A stretch of DNA of 64,000 nt, from NCBI GenBank assembly GCA_002328835.1, contig DCWN01000044.1, positions 60,590 through 124,589 on the forward strand, written 5' to 3'. The stretch comes from Acidobacteria bacterium UBA2161. GTDB taxonomy: Bacteria; Acidobacteriota; Vicinamibacteria; Vicinamibacterales; UBA823. Positions 1 to 10,486 of this stretch are shown here, piece after piece (positions within the stretch are counted from its first letter, which is position 1; the number at the start of each line of letters is the position of its first letter). Below the pieces are notes generated by a model. The model saw only the letters and a list, made by a program, of their open reading frames with translations, searched no databases and was not told where the DNA came from. The position numbers were made by a program, and so were the translations under genes.

Positions 1-692
1 CTGGGGGCTGCGTCGAGATCCAGCGACAGGTCGCGGACCGCCGTGCGCGACAGCAGCGTCGAGAGCGAATCTTCCATCTCCGGCGCCGCCGGGGCGGCCT
101 GTTTGGCACCCGGGGCCAGAAGCAGCATGAACAGCAGACCGGCGACGGCCGCCCCGGCGATCACCGTGGCCTGGCGGACGCGGAGCTGACGCCGTGCGCG
201 CCCCCGGGCGAGACGTTCGGTCTCGAGGGCCGAGGCGATCTCGTCGTCAGCCGCGTCGGTCAGTTCGAGCCCGTCGGTGAAGATGAGGTCCGACGCTGGG
301 ATGGTCTGATCGCCCCCGATGAGCTCGCGGGCGCGGTCGTCCATTTTGCTGAAGTGCGTGACCGTGGCCGCCGCGGAGTCGAGTTTCGACCGCGCCTCAG
401 GGGCTTGGACGCCTTGGGCGAGGGCCGCCAGGCGCTCGGCGGCGAATTCGAGCATTGCCGTCACGCGGGCCAGCCAGTAGTCCCGGTCCTGTCCTGCGGC
501 GACGTAGGCGGCCTGGGCCGCGCGCAGTTCGATCACGGCGCGCCGCGCCTCTCCGCCGACCGTTTCCATCGCCGTTCCGGCTTCGCCGGCCACCGTGATC
601 TGTCCGTCGAGCCTGGCCACTTCGAAAGCGGCAGCGGCATAGATCATCACGAACAGCACGACGAGACCAACGCGCCAAGCCCGACGCTGCAT
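1..692 (-). CDS. Membrane-anchored hypothetical protein, 3' end beyond the window edge (absent from the ORF track)
   Basis: ATG at 692 reads MQRRAWRVGLVVLFVMIYAAAAFEVARLDGQ... with an N-terminal TM helix and a probable second hydrophobic stretch near 120-175. Preceded by an extended -10-like TGTTATAGT (712-704). Confidence 0.75.
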   Translation of the reverse strand, partial: MQRRAWRVGLVVLFVMIYAAAAFEVARLDGQITVAGEAGTAMETVGGEARRAVIELRAAQAAYVAAGQDRDYWLARVTAMLEFAAERLAALAQGVQAPEARSKLDSAAATVTHFSKMDDRARELIGGDQTIPASDLIFTDGLELTDAADDEIASALETERLARGRARRQLRVRQATVIAGAAVAGLLFMLLLAPGAKQAAPAAPEMEDSLSTLLSRTAVRDLSLDLDAAP

Positions 693-749
693 ACGTGGCG
701 CCTACTATAACACCGGAGATCGTTCGGGAGGAGGCGCCGGTGGCCGCCG

Positions 750-2570
750 CTACTGCGTGGTGGACGCCGCCGCGAGGTCGGCGGGGCGGAGGATGACGTA
801 GGTTGGCAGGCCGACACTGTCGAAGTGGTCCATCACGTCCTTCGCGGGCGGACTGCTCGGGTCTTCCGCTTGGAACTTGATCTTCACGTAGGCGTCGAGC
901 TCCGCGGTGACCGTCGGGTCCTTGAACGTGGTCTGATCCATCGTCAGGCAGTTCTTGCACCACGTCGCCCACAGGTCCACCAGCACGAGTTTGTTCTCCG
1001 CGCGCGCGGCCTCGAGACCTTCGCTCAGCGACGCGTACCAGCCTTCCTCGAGCTTTTCCTCGACGCTGCTGGCCACCGCCCCGGCGTCGACCCACCGGTT
1101 TTCGAAGATGCCGTACGCGACGTAGCCGTAGTAGACCGCCGTGCCCAGGATGAAAACGCCGAAGGCGTGCTTGACGTGGACCATCCAGGCGCCTGGCTTC
1201 GGGAGGAACGACAGGCCGGCTCCGGCGATTGGCCAGGGCAGTGCCATACCGATGCCGAGACAGAACGGCAGCAGCAGCGCCACGGTCGCGCCTGTGGCGT
1301 ACAGATCACTCGAGAAGAGGATCACCTGGATCACGACCGGCGCCACGCACGCGCCGGCCAGCAGCGCGGCGACTGTGCCCATGCCGAACGCCGCCATGAA
1401 CGACCCGTTCTCGTTATTGCCGATCTTGAGCTTCGACTGGAATCTCGAGAAGTCGATGACCAGCACGTCGAACATGGCGAGCGCCAGGACGACGAACAGC
1501 GCCGCGATGCCGAGGTTGAACCAGGGTGAGGCGTTGATCGTGCCGAACGTCCCGGCGGTGAGGATGACGATCAGGCCGAGCGCACCGTAGACCGCGGCCA
1601 TCGCCGCGCCATAGGCGCCGCCGAGCAGCAGCCCCCGCACGCGGGAGCCGGCCCGCGCGCCCGCGCCGATGATCGCGATGTTGATCGGAATCATCGGCAG
1701 GACGCACGGCGTCAGGTTGAGCGCGAGCCCGCCGAGCAGGATGAGCAGCAGGATGGCTAGCGGCCCGCGGCCCTCGAACCAGCCGCGCTGGGCCTCGCCC
1801 GATTCGGCCGCGCTGACGAAGCTCAGGAAGTCCTCGGAGTCGAGGTACCCGCCGGTTGTGCCGAGAATGTCGAACGCACCGAGCGCGACGGTGACGCCGG
1901 TGCCGTCCTCCGCCGCGTCTGCGCTTAGGGCCGAGGTGCCCGACGCGGCGACCGCGAGGGTGTCGGACGTCCTCGTCTGGGGGGGCGCGACGGAGTTCTC
2001 GCTTCCGAAGCTGATGCCACCGAACAGCTCGGCATGTCGCGACGCCACGCCCGTCCCGGCGGGCACGACATCGACGGTCCACTCGAACTCGGCCGTCGTC
2101 GGCATGTAGCACATTGTTTCGTCGCACGCCTGATACCGCAGCGACCCGGGCACGGTGTACTGGCCGGCCGGGAGATCGCCCGCCAGCGCGAAGACGACAC
2201 CGACGGCAAAGCGCTCCTCGAACACCGCCAGCGGGGTGTCGGCGCCAAACTGTTCGAGCAAACCGGCCTCGGGATAGGCGATCTCCGTCACGGTGATCCC
2301 GTCGGGCGGCGCGATCCTCAGGGCCGTCGGAATGAGGAAATCGTCGAGCGGGGCCTGCGAGTTCATGTGCAGGCCTGGCTCAAGTTGCACCCGGAGGGCT
2401 CCACGCAGATCGGAACCGGGTGTCCCGGCGTCTGCGGCCAGCAGCGTCTCGGTCTCGATCGGTCTCGGCTGGGCCGCCGAGGCCCCCGCCAGGACGAGGA
2501 CGAGGGTCGCGAGCGTCAGGAGAGCGATGGCGCGTGAACGGCCCAGTTGCATCTGCATCGTTGATTGCAT
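750..2570 (-). CDS. dsbD: Thiol:disulfide interchange protein DsbD (N-terminal DsbD-alpha, CcdA-like TM domain, thioredoxin domain)
   Basis: Signal peptide; QACDETMC; TM cysteines in LTPCVLP and GACVAP; C-terminal WCKNC. Start moved from 2621 because TGGTACAAT (-10) lies only 2 nt upstream of that ATG; 2558 or 2552 also possible. Confidence 0.9.
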   Translation of the reverse strand: MQSTMQMQLGRSRAIALLTLATLVLVLAGASAAQPRPIETETLLAADAGTPGSDLRGALRVQLEPGLHMNSQAPLDDFLIPTALRIAPPDGITVTEIAYPEAGLLEQFGADTPLAVFEERFAVGVVFALAGDLPAGQYTVPGSLRYQACDETMCYMPTTAEFEWTVDVVPAGTGVASRHAELFGGISFGSENSVAPPQTRTSDTLAVAASGTSALSADAAEDGTGVTVALGAFDILGTTGGYLDSEDFLSFVSAAESGEAQRGWFEGRGPLAILLLILLGGLALNLTPCVLPMIPINIAIIGAGARAGSRVRGLLLGGAYGAAMAAVYGALGLIVILTAGTFGTINASPWFNLGIAALFVVLALAMFDVLVIDFSRFQSKLKIGNNENGSFMAAFGMGTVAALLAGACVAPVVIQVILFSSDLYATGATVALLLPFCLGIGMALPWPIAGAGLSFLPKPGAWMVHVKHAFGVFILGTAVYYGYVAYGIFENRWVDAGAVASSVEEKLEEGWYASLSEGLEAARAENKLVLVDLWATWCKNCLTMDQTTFKDPTVTAELDAYVKIKFQAEDPSSPPAKDVMDHFDSVGLPTYVILRPADLAAASTTQ

Positions 2571-2774
2571 TGGTAGGACGCCGACCCCAAGTGGGACGGT
2601 CCGTCCGTTTCCGCCGCTCATTTATTGTACCAGACGCTCAGCGGGCGCGTTGCCGGGAAGGGCCTATTTTCAGGGGTATTTCGGCCGTCGGCCCCGGGGA
2701 AGGCCGAGAGGCCGGGTGGTAAGATGAGATGGATCGCCTCACCCCGGTGTCTAACTGAGCCCGACAGGATTCTC

Positions 2775-5546
2775 ATGGTGAAACATCTCCCGACCTTCTC
2801 CGGCGCCGCCGCTCTGCTGGCGCTCTGCCTGGGGCTCGGACCGGCAACCGCCGCCCGCGCCCAGAGCCCTGAGCCCGCCGGCGAGGACCTCACCGCGTTC
2901 TACGAGCAGCTAGAGCGGACCATCATTTCGGGCCGCGCCGCGGCCTATCTCGGGATGCTATCGCCGTCGCTGGCCGCGCGCGCCGCGACTCGGCAGTTCG
3001 TCACGCGGAACATCGTCACCGGCGTCACCAACGTCACGGTCAGCGAGTTGCGTCGACTGCCGCTGTCCGGGGCGCCCGCGGGCGAGGGCTACGCCGTCCT
3101 GATCGAGATCTTTCGCGAGCAGCGCCTGGCCGGCGATGTGGCGACCTGGCTGCTGAACGTGCGGCGCGACGTCGATCCGGGCACGAACCGGTCGTTCTCG
3201 GACGGGCCGCAGTGGCGGATCGTCGGGCAGGAGCGGCTGACGCAGGTGGACGGGCTGTTCCGCCTCGAACTGCACCCCGAGCAGCAGTACATCGTCCGCA
3301 ACTTGACGATCGAGGCGACGGACCTGACGCTGCGCATGGCCGACGGGTTGGCGTTCGTCGCCGACACGGGCCAGGGGATCACCGGCCTCGTCCTCCAGGG
3401 AGAGGGCGAGGTGGACTTCACGCCCACGCCCGAGGTCGAGCAGGCGCAGCTTCAGCTGTTCGCCGGCGACAGCGCGCTCAGAACGACCTTCGACAGCGCC
3501 TTCATCCGCGTGAACCCCAACGACTTCGATGCCCTGGTGCCGCGCGACGCACTGCTCGAACGCACCGTGGGGCCGCGCGACTATGAAGAGGCCCAGGAGG
3601 TGTTCGACAGGTACGCCCCCGAGTCGTACCTCGTCGACGTCGGCCACCTGAGCGACGAGGTCTGGTGGGTGCTCCCCAACGAGGGCGACCTGCTGGTCGA
3701 ACTGGAGACACCGCACTACGACGACCTGACCTACGTGAAATCGAGCCGGAAGGCCGAAGACATTCAGCTCTTCGACCGAGAAGGCCGCCGCAACATCTCG
3801 ATCTACGCCTCCGACGAGAAGCTAGCCACGCGCGGCCGCTTCTACAGCGAGGACGATCTGATCGAGTACGACATCGAGAACTACGACCTCGACGTGCGGT
3901 TCTTGCCGCAGCGCGACTGGATGGAAGGCAGGGCCACGCTGACGGTCCGCGCCGTGAGCGATCTGTCGATGCTATCGGTCCGGATCGCCGACGCGCTCAC
4001 GGTCGAGTCGGTCTCGGCCGAGCCCTTCGGCCGCCTGTTTCCGCTTCGGACCCCGGGTCAGAACACGATGATTCTCAACCTGCCCTCGCGGGTGCCGGCG
4101 GGCGACACGTTCACGCTGACGGTCGACTACAACGGTGAGTTGCCGGCCGAGGCCGTGGACCACCAGGCCATCGTGCCGCGCGATCTGTCGCTGCTCGAAT
4201 CGTCGCGATTCGTCCACCCGACCATTCGCTCCGGGCCCGAGCCGCACTATCTCTACAGCAGCCGAAGCTTCTGGTACCCGCAATCGACGGTCACCGACTT
4301 CGCGCCCGCGACGATCAGCATCACCGTGCCACCCGACTTCGGGTGCGTCGCCAGCGGCCATCTGAGCGGCCCGCCGCGGGAACTCTACGGTGAGGATTCA
4401 CTCGGCATGCCGGATGGGTCCAAGCAGTACGTCTTCGAAGCTGAGCGGCCGATACGCTATCTGGCCGCCGTGATGAGTGAGTTCGTCAGCGTGGGCTCCG
4501 AAGCGATCACGCTGCCGCCGGTGGAAGGCGGCGTTGCCGCGGATGCCACGACGTCACGCGAGCTCACCTTGTCGGTCGAGGCCAACGTGCGGCAGCGCCG
4601 CCGCGCACGCCAGCTCTCCGAGCGTGCGGAGGAGATCCTCGGCTTCTACTCGTCGCTCGTCGGTGACCTGCCGTATTCGAGCTTGACGGTCGCCATGGTC
4701 GAGAGCGAGTTGCCGGGCGGGCACAGCCCGGCGCACATCTCGATGATCAACGAGCCGGTGCAGAACAGCAATCTGCTGTGGCGTCGGGACCCCGTCTTCT
4801 TCGCCGCCGCGCCGGATTTCTTCCTGGCGCACGAGCTGGCACATCAGTGGTGGGGGCAGGCCGTGGGCTGGAGCAACTACCACGAGCAGTGGCTGAGCGA
4901 AGGGATGGCGCAGTACTTCGCCGCGCTGTACGCCCGGCATGCGCAGGGCGACGGCGTCTTCCGGCAGATCATGCGGCAGATGCGCGAATGGTCGATGCAG
5001 CAGTCGGCCCAGGGCCCGGTCTACCTCGGCTACCGGCTCGGACACATCAAGCAGGACTCCCGGATCTTCCGGGCGCTCGTCTACAACAAGGGCGCGATGG
5101 TGATGCACATGCTGCACCGCCTGGTGGGCGACGATGCGTTCTTCCGCGGCGTTCGCCGCTTCTACACCGACTGGCGGTTCCGGAAGGCCGGGACCGAAGA
5201 CTTTCGGTTGGCGTTCGAGCAGGAGTCGGGTCTCTCGCTGGCGCGTTTCTTCGAGCGCTACATTCACGAGACCGGCTTGCCGGATCTCGCGTTCAGCTAC
5301 ACGTCCGAGGCTGCGCCGGGTGAGACGGGTGCCTCGGCGGTGAAGCTGCGATTCGAACAGCAGACCGAGTTGCTGTACGGCGTGCCGGTCACGGTGACGC
5401 TGCGCTACGCTAGTGGCGAGACGCAGAACGTCGTGGTAGGCGTCACCGAACGCATCACCGAGGCGCGGGTACCGCTGTCGGGTGTCTTGCGCGACATCGA
5501 CGTGAACAGGGACTTCGAGGCGCTGGCGCGCGTCGACGACCGGTAG
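2775..5546 (+). CDS. Secreted M1-family zinc aminopeptidase-like protein with long N-terminal extension
   Basis: HELAH-x18-E (HELAHQWWG...WLSEG), downstream VYNKG tyrosine, signal peptide from ATG 2775. Confidence 0.88.
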   Translation: MVKHLPTFSGAAALLALCLGLGPATAARAQSPEPAGEDLTAFYEQLERTIISGRAAAYLGMLSPSLAARAATRQFVTRNIVTGVTNVTVSELRRLPLSGAPAGEGYAVLIEIFREQRLAGDVATWLLNVRRDVDPGTNRSFSDGPQWRIVGQERLTQVDGLFRLELHPEQQYIVRNLTIEATDLTLRMADGLAFVADTGQGITGLVLQGEGEVDFTPTPEVEQAQLQLFAGDSALRTTFDSAFIRVNPNDFDALVPRDALLERTVGPRDYEEAQEVFDRYAPESYLVDVGHLSDEVWWVLPNEGDLLVELETPHYDDLTYVKSSRKAEDIQLFDREGRRNISIYASDEKLATRGRFYSEDDLIEYDIENYDLDVRFLPQRDWMEGRATLTVRAVSDLSMLSVRIADALTVESVSAEPFGRLFPLRTPGQNTMILNLPSRVPAGDTFTLTVDYNGELPAEAVDHQAIVPRDLSLLESSRFVHPTIRSGPEPHYLYSSRSFWYPQSTVTDFAPATISITVPPDFGCVASGHLSGPPRELYGEDSLGMPDGSKQYVFEAERPIRYLAAVMSEFVSVGSEAITLPPVEGGVAADATTSRELTLSVEANVRQRRRARQLSERAEEILGFYSSLVGDLPYSSLTVAMVESELPGGHSPAHISMINEPVQNSNLLWRRDPVFFAAAPDFFLAHELAHQWWGQAVGWSNYHEQWLSEGMAQYFAALYARHAQGDGVFRQIMRQMREWSMQQSAQGPVYLGYRLGHIKQDSRIFRALVYNKGAMVMHMLHRLVGDDAFFRGVRRFYTDWRFRKAGTEDFRLAFEQESGLSLARFFERYIHETGLPDLAFSYTSEAAPGETGASAVKLRFEQQTELLYGVPVTVTLRYASGETQNVVVGVTERITEARVPLSGVLRDIDVNRDFEALARVDDR

Positions 5547-5560
5547 ACCGACGAGCGGCG

Positions 5561-6715
5561 CTAGCGGCCGGCGTGGCGGACGACGAGCACGGTGAGATCG
5601 TCCGCGAGCTTGGTCGCCCTCGCGTGGGCTTCCACGGCCGACACGATGCCGGCGCCGATGTCGGCGGCGCGCTGCCCGGCGCGCGTCTCGAGGGCGCGCT
5701 CGAGGCCGGCCTCGTCGAACGGCGTCCCTTCCTGATCCTCAGCCTCGGTGACGCCGTCGGAGTACAGCGTCAGCACATCGCCCGCCGCGAGGCCGGTTTC
5801 CGCGGCCGAATAGGTCGACCCCTCGAACATGCCGAGCGCGATGCCGCCGGTTTCGAGACGCTCCACGCGTCCGTCCCGTCGGCGCAGCAGCGGTGGCGTC
5901 TGCCCCGCGTTCACGTAGCGCAGCACGTCGGTGGCCGGGTCGTAGAGTCCGACGAAGAGCGTGATGAACCGCGAGCCCGGCGCGTGGCGCACGATCTGCG
6001 TGTTCAGCCGCGACGTGAGGGCGGCCGGCTCGGTGCCCTCGTCGACGATCGTCCGCAGCATCGCCAGGAGCAGCGCCATCAATAGCGAGGCCGGACTGCC
6101 CTTGCCGGCGACGTCACCGAGCGCGATGACGACCCGCCCGTCGGGCAGCGACAGGACGTCGTAGAAATCACCGCCCACCGTGTTCGCCGGCCGGGTACGC
6201 CCGTCGATGTCGAGCGGGCCCGTGGCCAACGATCCCGGCGGAAGCATCGCCGTCTGGATCTCGCGTGCGATCTCGAGGTCGTTCTTCAGTGTGAACCGGT
6301 CCAGGACCTCCAGGACGAAGAGCAGGTTCACGAGCAGGAAGCCCGTCAGGAGCCAGAGCGTGCCGTCTTCCCAGGCGGGCAGCGGAAGCGGCAGCCGCAT
6401 CAAGGGCGTGCGCGTCGGTGTGAGCGCGATGCCTCGGAACAACAGCAGGCCGCCGATGGCCGCGGAGACGAGCGCGATGCCGAACAGCGCCCGCCGCGGC
6501 GGGCTGAGCTTCAGCGTGAAAGCGAAGAAGAACAGCCGAAGCTGGAAGATCCACCGTCGGTGCCAGGGGAGGCCGTCCACGCCCGCCGCATCGAGGCCCC
6601 GGGAGAGGACGCGGTACGCTTCGCGCGCATCCCGCGTGAACAGCAGCTGAAACTCGTCCGCCGTCAGGCCGCGGGTGTAGGTTTCGAAGAAGGTGTTGGG
6701 CGGGTCGCCGGGCAT
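5561..6715 (-). CDS. Membrane-bound PP2C/SpoIIE (RsbU-like) serine phosphatase
   Basis: AREIQ, VGGDFYD, GDVAGKG, NAGQ, YSDGVTE and DDLT motifs; N-terminal TM helices. Confidence 0.9.
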   Translation of the reverse strand: MPGDPPNTFFETYTRGLTADEFQLLFTRDAREAYRVLSRGLDAAGVDGLPWHRRWIFQLRLFFFAFTLKLSPPRRALFGIALVSAAIGGLLLFRGIALTPTRTPLMRLPLPLPAWEDGTLWLLTGFLLVNLLFVLEVLDRFTLKNDLEIAREIQTAMLPPGSLATGPLDIDGRTRPANTVGGDFYDVLSLPDGRVVIALGDVAGKGSPASLLMALLLAMLRTIVDEGTEPAALTSRLNTQIVRHAPGSRFITLFVGLYDPATDVLRYVNAGQTPPLLRRRDGRVERLETGGIALGMFEGSTYSAAETGLAAGDVLTLYSDGVTEAEDQEGTPFDEAGLERALETRAGQRAADIGAGIVSAVEAHARATKLADDLTVLVVRHAGR

Positions 6716-6865
6716 GGGTCGATGATCTCCGATTCCTGAATGAATTGACGAAGAATGCGGGGAATTCGTTCGACACGCCGGAGCGAACGGCGCCGTCGAG
6801 GCAAATTGGTCACTGCAGGATCAGAGCGCGCACCCCGCGTGGGGCTTGGGGCGCAAGGCGCCCCA

Positions 6866-7225
6866 TCAGAAGAATAAGAGTTTCATCCAGGGCACGATCG
6901 CCGCGCCGACATAGATGAGGGTCAGCGCCGCCACGATGCCGTGCACCGCCTGAAGATGGAGGACGACCGCGCAGAAGCCGGCCAGGAGCTTGGCGCTCGC
7001 CAGCGCCGGGCCCTCACCGACGGCGAACATCAGCCAGAGCATTAGGGGATTCGCCTCGACGTCGACGCCGAACGTGGAGACACCGAGGTAGGTCAGCGCG
7101 CCATCGACCACCTGGGCGCACAGCAGCGCGACGATGACGACGTTGCCGAACCGCACTCGCGAATGGAAGTCCAGGGGTACGCTCCGGCTGTCGGACCGCG
7201 GCTCCGTTGAGGCGCACGACGGCAC
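6866..7225 (-). CDS. Small membrane protein, DUF5658-like (start uncertain)
   Basis: QVVDGALTYLG...EANPLM motif and 3-4 hydrophobic helices. Confidence 0.65.
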   Translation of the reverse strand: MPSCASTEPRSDSRSVPLDFHSRVRFGNVVIVALLCAQVVDGALTYLGVSTFGVDVEANPLMLWLMFAVGEGPALASAKLLAGFCAVVLHLQAVHGIVAALTLIYVGAAIVPWMKLLFF

Positions 7226-7335
7226 CGCCAGCGGCCGAGCTTTCTAGTTGGGGAGTACCCGCGGGGGAGCGAGAGACAGTGTACGCCGATCGCCGCCGCG
7301 GATCAAGCTGCGCAGCCTCGAGAGCGGCCCCGATC

Positions 7336-8550
7336 TTAGGAAGCCAGAAACTCCTTCGTGAACGAGGCCATCAGATCGTAGATCTCGCCAAGCTCCTTGG
7401 GGTTCGCCAGGAACACGACGCGCATGAAGCCGTCCCCCGGCGGCAGCCCGAAGCCCGAACCATGGACACACAGCACTCCGGTCGACCGCAGCAGGCCGAG
7501 GACGTAGTCCTCGTCGGTCTTGCCCGGCGGCAGGCTCACCCGCGGCATGGCGTAGAAGGCCGCGGTCGGTTCCACGCAGCTCATGCCGTCGATGGCGTTC
7601 AGGCGCGCCGTCGTCAGTTCGGCGCGCTGGCGCAGTTCTGTGCGGAACGTGTCCTGGTGCGATCGATCGTCGCGCAGCGCCGCCGTGATCGCCGCCTGCA
7701 TCGGCGCGGTGCTACACAGCCGGCCGTCGGCCAGCTTCTTGATAGCCGCCAGCAAGTCGTCGAGCCGCTGGCTCGTGCCCACGGCCATCCAGCCGGCCCG
7801 CCAGCCCGGCGCCAGGTAGGCCTTCGACAGCGACGAGTACGACACGACCGGCGCGTCAGGATCGAGGCTCCCGATCGGCGACACCGGGCCGTCGTAGGCC
7901 AGATCGGCGTACACCTCGTCTGCCAGCAACAGCAGCCCGTGCCGGTTCGCCAACTCGAGCATCTCGCGGCGTGTCTCATCGGAGTACACGGCCCCCGTCG
8001 GGTTATTCGGATTGATCATCACCAGCGCCCGCGTGTTCGGCCCAATCAGCTTCTTGATGTGATCGAGGTCGGGCATCCAGTTGTTGGTCGGATCGGTCCG
8101 ATAGTAGACGGCGTTCGCGCCCAGCTTCGCCAGGACCGCGGTGTAGAGCGGGTAGGTCGGCACCGGCACCAGTACGTCCTCACCCGGATCGACCAGCGCG
8201 CTCAGCGTCAGCTCGATCCCCTCCGAGGTGCCCATCGTCAGGAGCACGCGGTCGGCTGGTATCTCGAGGCCGCGGGCGGTGAAATCGTCCGCGACCGCCT
8301 CCCGCGCCGACTCGATTCCCGGGGACGAGGTGTAGCCGTTCACGCCGTCGCGCATCGCCCGTTCGACCGCGTCGAGGAGGTTCTGCGGCGTCTTGAAGCC
8401 GAACGGAATCGGGTCGCCGATATTGAGGTAGCGAACGCGCGTACCGGCCGCTTCGACCTTCCTGGCCTCCGCCACGATGTTGCGGATGGCGTAGGAGAAG
8501 CCGTGGACGCGGCTCGCGACCTGAATGGCGGACGTAGCGTGAGTCGTCAT
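7336..8550 (-). CDS. PLP-dependent aminotransferase class I/II (AlaA-like)
   Basis: LNIGDP, INPNNPTG, ADEVY and SLSKAYLAPGWRAGW motifs. Confidence 0.92.
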   Translation of the reverse strand: MTTHATSAIQVASRVHGFSYAIRNIVAEARKVEAAGTRVRYLNIGDPIPFGFKTPQNLLDAVERAMRDGVNGYTSSPGIESAREAVADDFTARGLEIPADRVLLTMGTSEGIELTLSALVDPGEDVLVPVPTYPLYTAVLAKLGANAVYYRTDPTNNWMPDLDHIKKLIGPNTRALVMINPNNPTGAVYSDETRREMLELANRHGLLLLADEVYADLAYDGPVSPIGSLDPDAPVVSYSSLSKAYLAPGWRAGWMAVGTSQRLDDLLAAIKKLADGRLCSTAPMQAAITAALRDDRSHQDTFRTELRQRAELTTARLNAIDGMSCVEPTAAFYAMPRVSLPPGKTDEDYVLGLLRSTGVLCVHGSGFGLPPGDGFMRVVFLANPKELGEIYDLMASFTKEFLAS

Positions 8551-8670
8551 AGACCGCCGATCTTAGCAGTCCGTTCGGTTGAGAGCCAGCCGTGGAGGGC
8601 CGAATCGCGTAGGTCTCGCTGGGGCGAGCGGGTATGATCGACGGGTTGTCCCGAGCCTCGAGGAAACGTC

Positions 8671-9054
8671 ATGGCCGTCCGGACCGAGTTGTCCCTGAGA
8701 CTTCCCAATAGCCCTGGCGCACTGGCCGATGTCTGCCGCCTGCTGTCGGCCGAGCAAGTCAACGTGCTGGCCATGAGTCTCGACGCTGGCGGCACGCTAC
8801 GCCTCGTCGTCGACAACCACACTCACGCCGAGGGCGTGCTGCGCGATCGCCAACTCGACGTCGCGACGCGCGATGCGCTGTTGATCCAGGTGCCGAACGG
8901 ACCCGGCGCCTTGCAGACGGTTGGGCGGATGACGGCCACTGCCGGGGTCAACATCGACCACGCCTGCGCCTCCGCGATCGAGGGCCATCCGATGGCAACG
9001 GTCGTGATTGGCGTCGACGATGCCGCGCGAGCCTCGGCCGCAGTGGGAGTGTAG
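8671..9054 (+). CDS. Tandem ACT-domain protein
   Basis: LPNSPGALA and VPNGPGAL ACT signatures; SD GAGGA; TATGAT at 8633-8638. Confidence 0.85.
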   Translation: MAVRTELSLRLPNSPGALADVCRLLSAEQVNVLAMSLDAGGTLRLVVDNHTHAEGVLRDRQLDVATRDALLIQVPNGPGALQTVGRMTATAGVNIDHACASAIEGHPMATVVIGVDDAARASAAVGV

Positions 9055-9097
9055 GACCGGTGAGCCGGCGCACGCGGCGGCTCGACAGGAGAGACCG

Positions 9098-10486
9098 ATG
9101 CTGATCTGCAGGGGATGGAGATGGCGGGCGGCGCTGAGGGCGACGCTGCCGGTAGCGGCGGTTGCTCTCTCCGCCGCGGTAGGCGCAACAGCGCAGACCG
9201 TCGAGTTCAGCGACACGACCCTCGAGAACGGCCTGCGCGTCATCATTGCCGAGGACCACGTCGCACCGGTCGTGTCGATCGCCGTGAACTACGACGTCGG
9301 GTCGCGGAACGAGCGGCGCGGCCGTACCGGTTTCGCCCACCTCTTCGAGCACATGATGTTCGAAGGATCGGAGAACGTCGGCGATGGCGAGCACTTCTTG
9401 CTCGTGGCCAACAACGGCGGCGACGTCAACGGCACAACCGACAAGGATCGGACGCTGTACTTCGAGCGGATGCCGTCCAATCAGCTCGAGCTCGGCCTCT
9501 TCCTCGAAGCCGATCGGATGGCCTCGCTCGACATCACGCCGGAGAATCTCGACAATCAGCGCAACGCCGTCCAGGAAGAGCGCCGGCTGCGGATCGACAA
9601 CCAGCCGCACGGACATACGTTCGAGGCGGTCGACGAACTCGCCTACGAGAATTTCGCCTACGCGCACTCGATCATTGGGTCGATGACCGACCTGAACGCC
9701 GCGACCGTCACCGACGTGTCGTCGTTCTTCCGCACCTACTACGCGCCGAATAACGCGGTGCTGGCGATCGTCGGCAGCGTCGACACGGCCGCCGCGCTCG
9801 AGCTGGTCCGGAAGTACTTCGGCCCGATTCAGCGGCAGCCGCCTCCGCCCGAGGTCGACCTCACCGAGCCGCCGCAGACCGCGGAGCGCCGCGCCAGCTA
9901 CGACGATCCGCTGGCGCGGCTGGCCCGCGTCGACATCGCGTACCACATTCCGGAGAGCCTGAGCGCCGACCACGACGCGCTGAGCGTCCTGTCGACGGTC
10001 CTGTCGTCTGGACGGAGTTCGCGGTTGTATCAAGGGATCGTCCGCGACACGCAGCTCGGCGTCCAGGTGGGAGCGTTCGCCGTGTCGAACCGCGGACCGA
10101 GCCTGTTTCGCGTCATCGGCATTGCCGCGCCCGGCGCTGACGTCGCCGCGCTCGAGGCGGCGCTCTATGAGGAGATCGATCGGATCAAGGCCGAGCCGGT
10201 CGAGTCGTGGGAGCTCGACAAGGCGCGGAACGACGCCCGCCGGTCGTTCGTCTCGAGCCTGGGGAGTTCGCTGCAGCGCGCCATCCTGCTGTCGCGCTAC
10301 ACGCTGTTCTACGACGATCCAGGCCAGATCAACACGCGGGCCGAGCGCGTTGCCGCGGTCTCGGCGGAAGACCTGCGCCGCGTGGCACGGGAGTATCTGG
10401 TCGAGTCGAACCGATCGGTCATCATCACGATACCGGCCCCGGCCGGCGCGCCCTCGGGCGGAGCGCCGGGGCAGGGAGGGTTTTGA
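9098..10486 (+). CDS. M16 (pitrilysin-family) zinc peptidase, catalytic subunit, exported
   Basis: HLFEH inverted zinc motif, TLENGL, YYAPNNA; signal peptide; SD AGGAG before ATG 9098. Confidence 0.92.
   Translation: MLICRGWRWRAALRATLPVAAVALSAAVGATAQTVEFSDTTLENGLRVIIAEDHVAPVVSIAVNYDVGSRNERRGRTGFAHLFEHMMFEGSENVGDGEHFLLVANNGGDVNGTTDKDRTLYFERMPSNQLELGLFLEADRMASLDITPENLDNQRNAVQEERRLRIDNQPHGHTFEAVDELAYENFAYAHSIIGSMTDLNAATVTDVSSFFRTYYAPNNAVLAIVGSVDTAAALELVRKYFGPIQRQPPPPEVDLTEPPQTAERRASYDDPLARLARVDIAYHIPESLSADHDALSVLSTVLSSGRSSRLYQGIVRDTQLGVQVGAFAVSNRGPSLFRVIGIAAPGADVAALEAALYEEIDRIKAEPVESWELDKARNDARRSFVSSLGSSLQRAILLSRYTLFYDDPGQINTRAERVAAVSAEDLRRVAREYLVESNRSVIITIPAPAGAPSGGAPGQGGF

Noticed and set aside
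2625-2774. Longest-ORF N-terminal extensions (also 9008, 10207, 13825, 17387, 23284, 41971, 57404, 62753)
   Set aside because: Downstream ATGs fit SD sequences, -10 elements, gene overlaps or signal peptides better.
7240-7335. Possible further family 1 repeat (GGGGAGTACCCGCGG...GCCCCGATCT)
   Set aside because: Similarity is too fragmentary to align confidently by eye.
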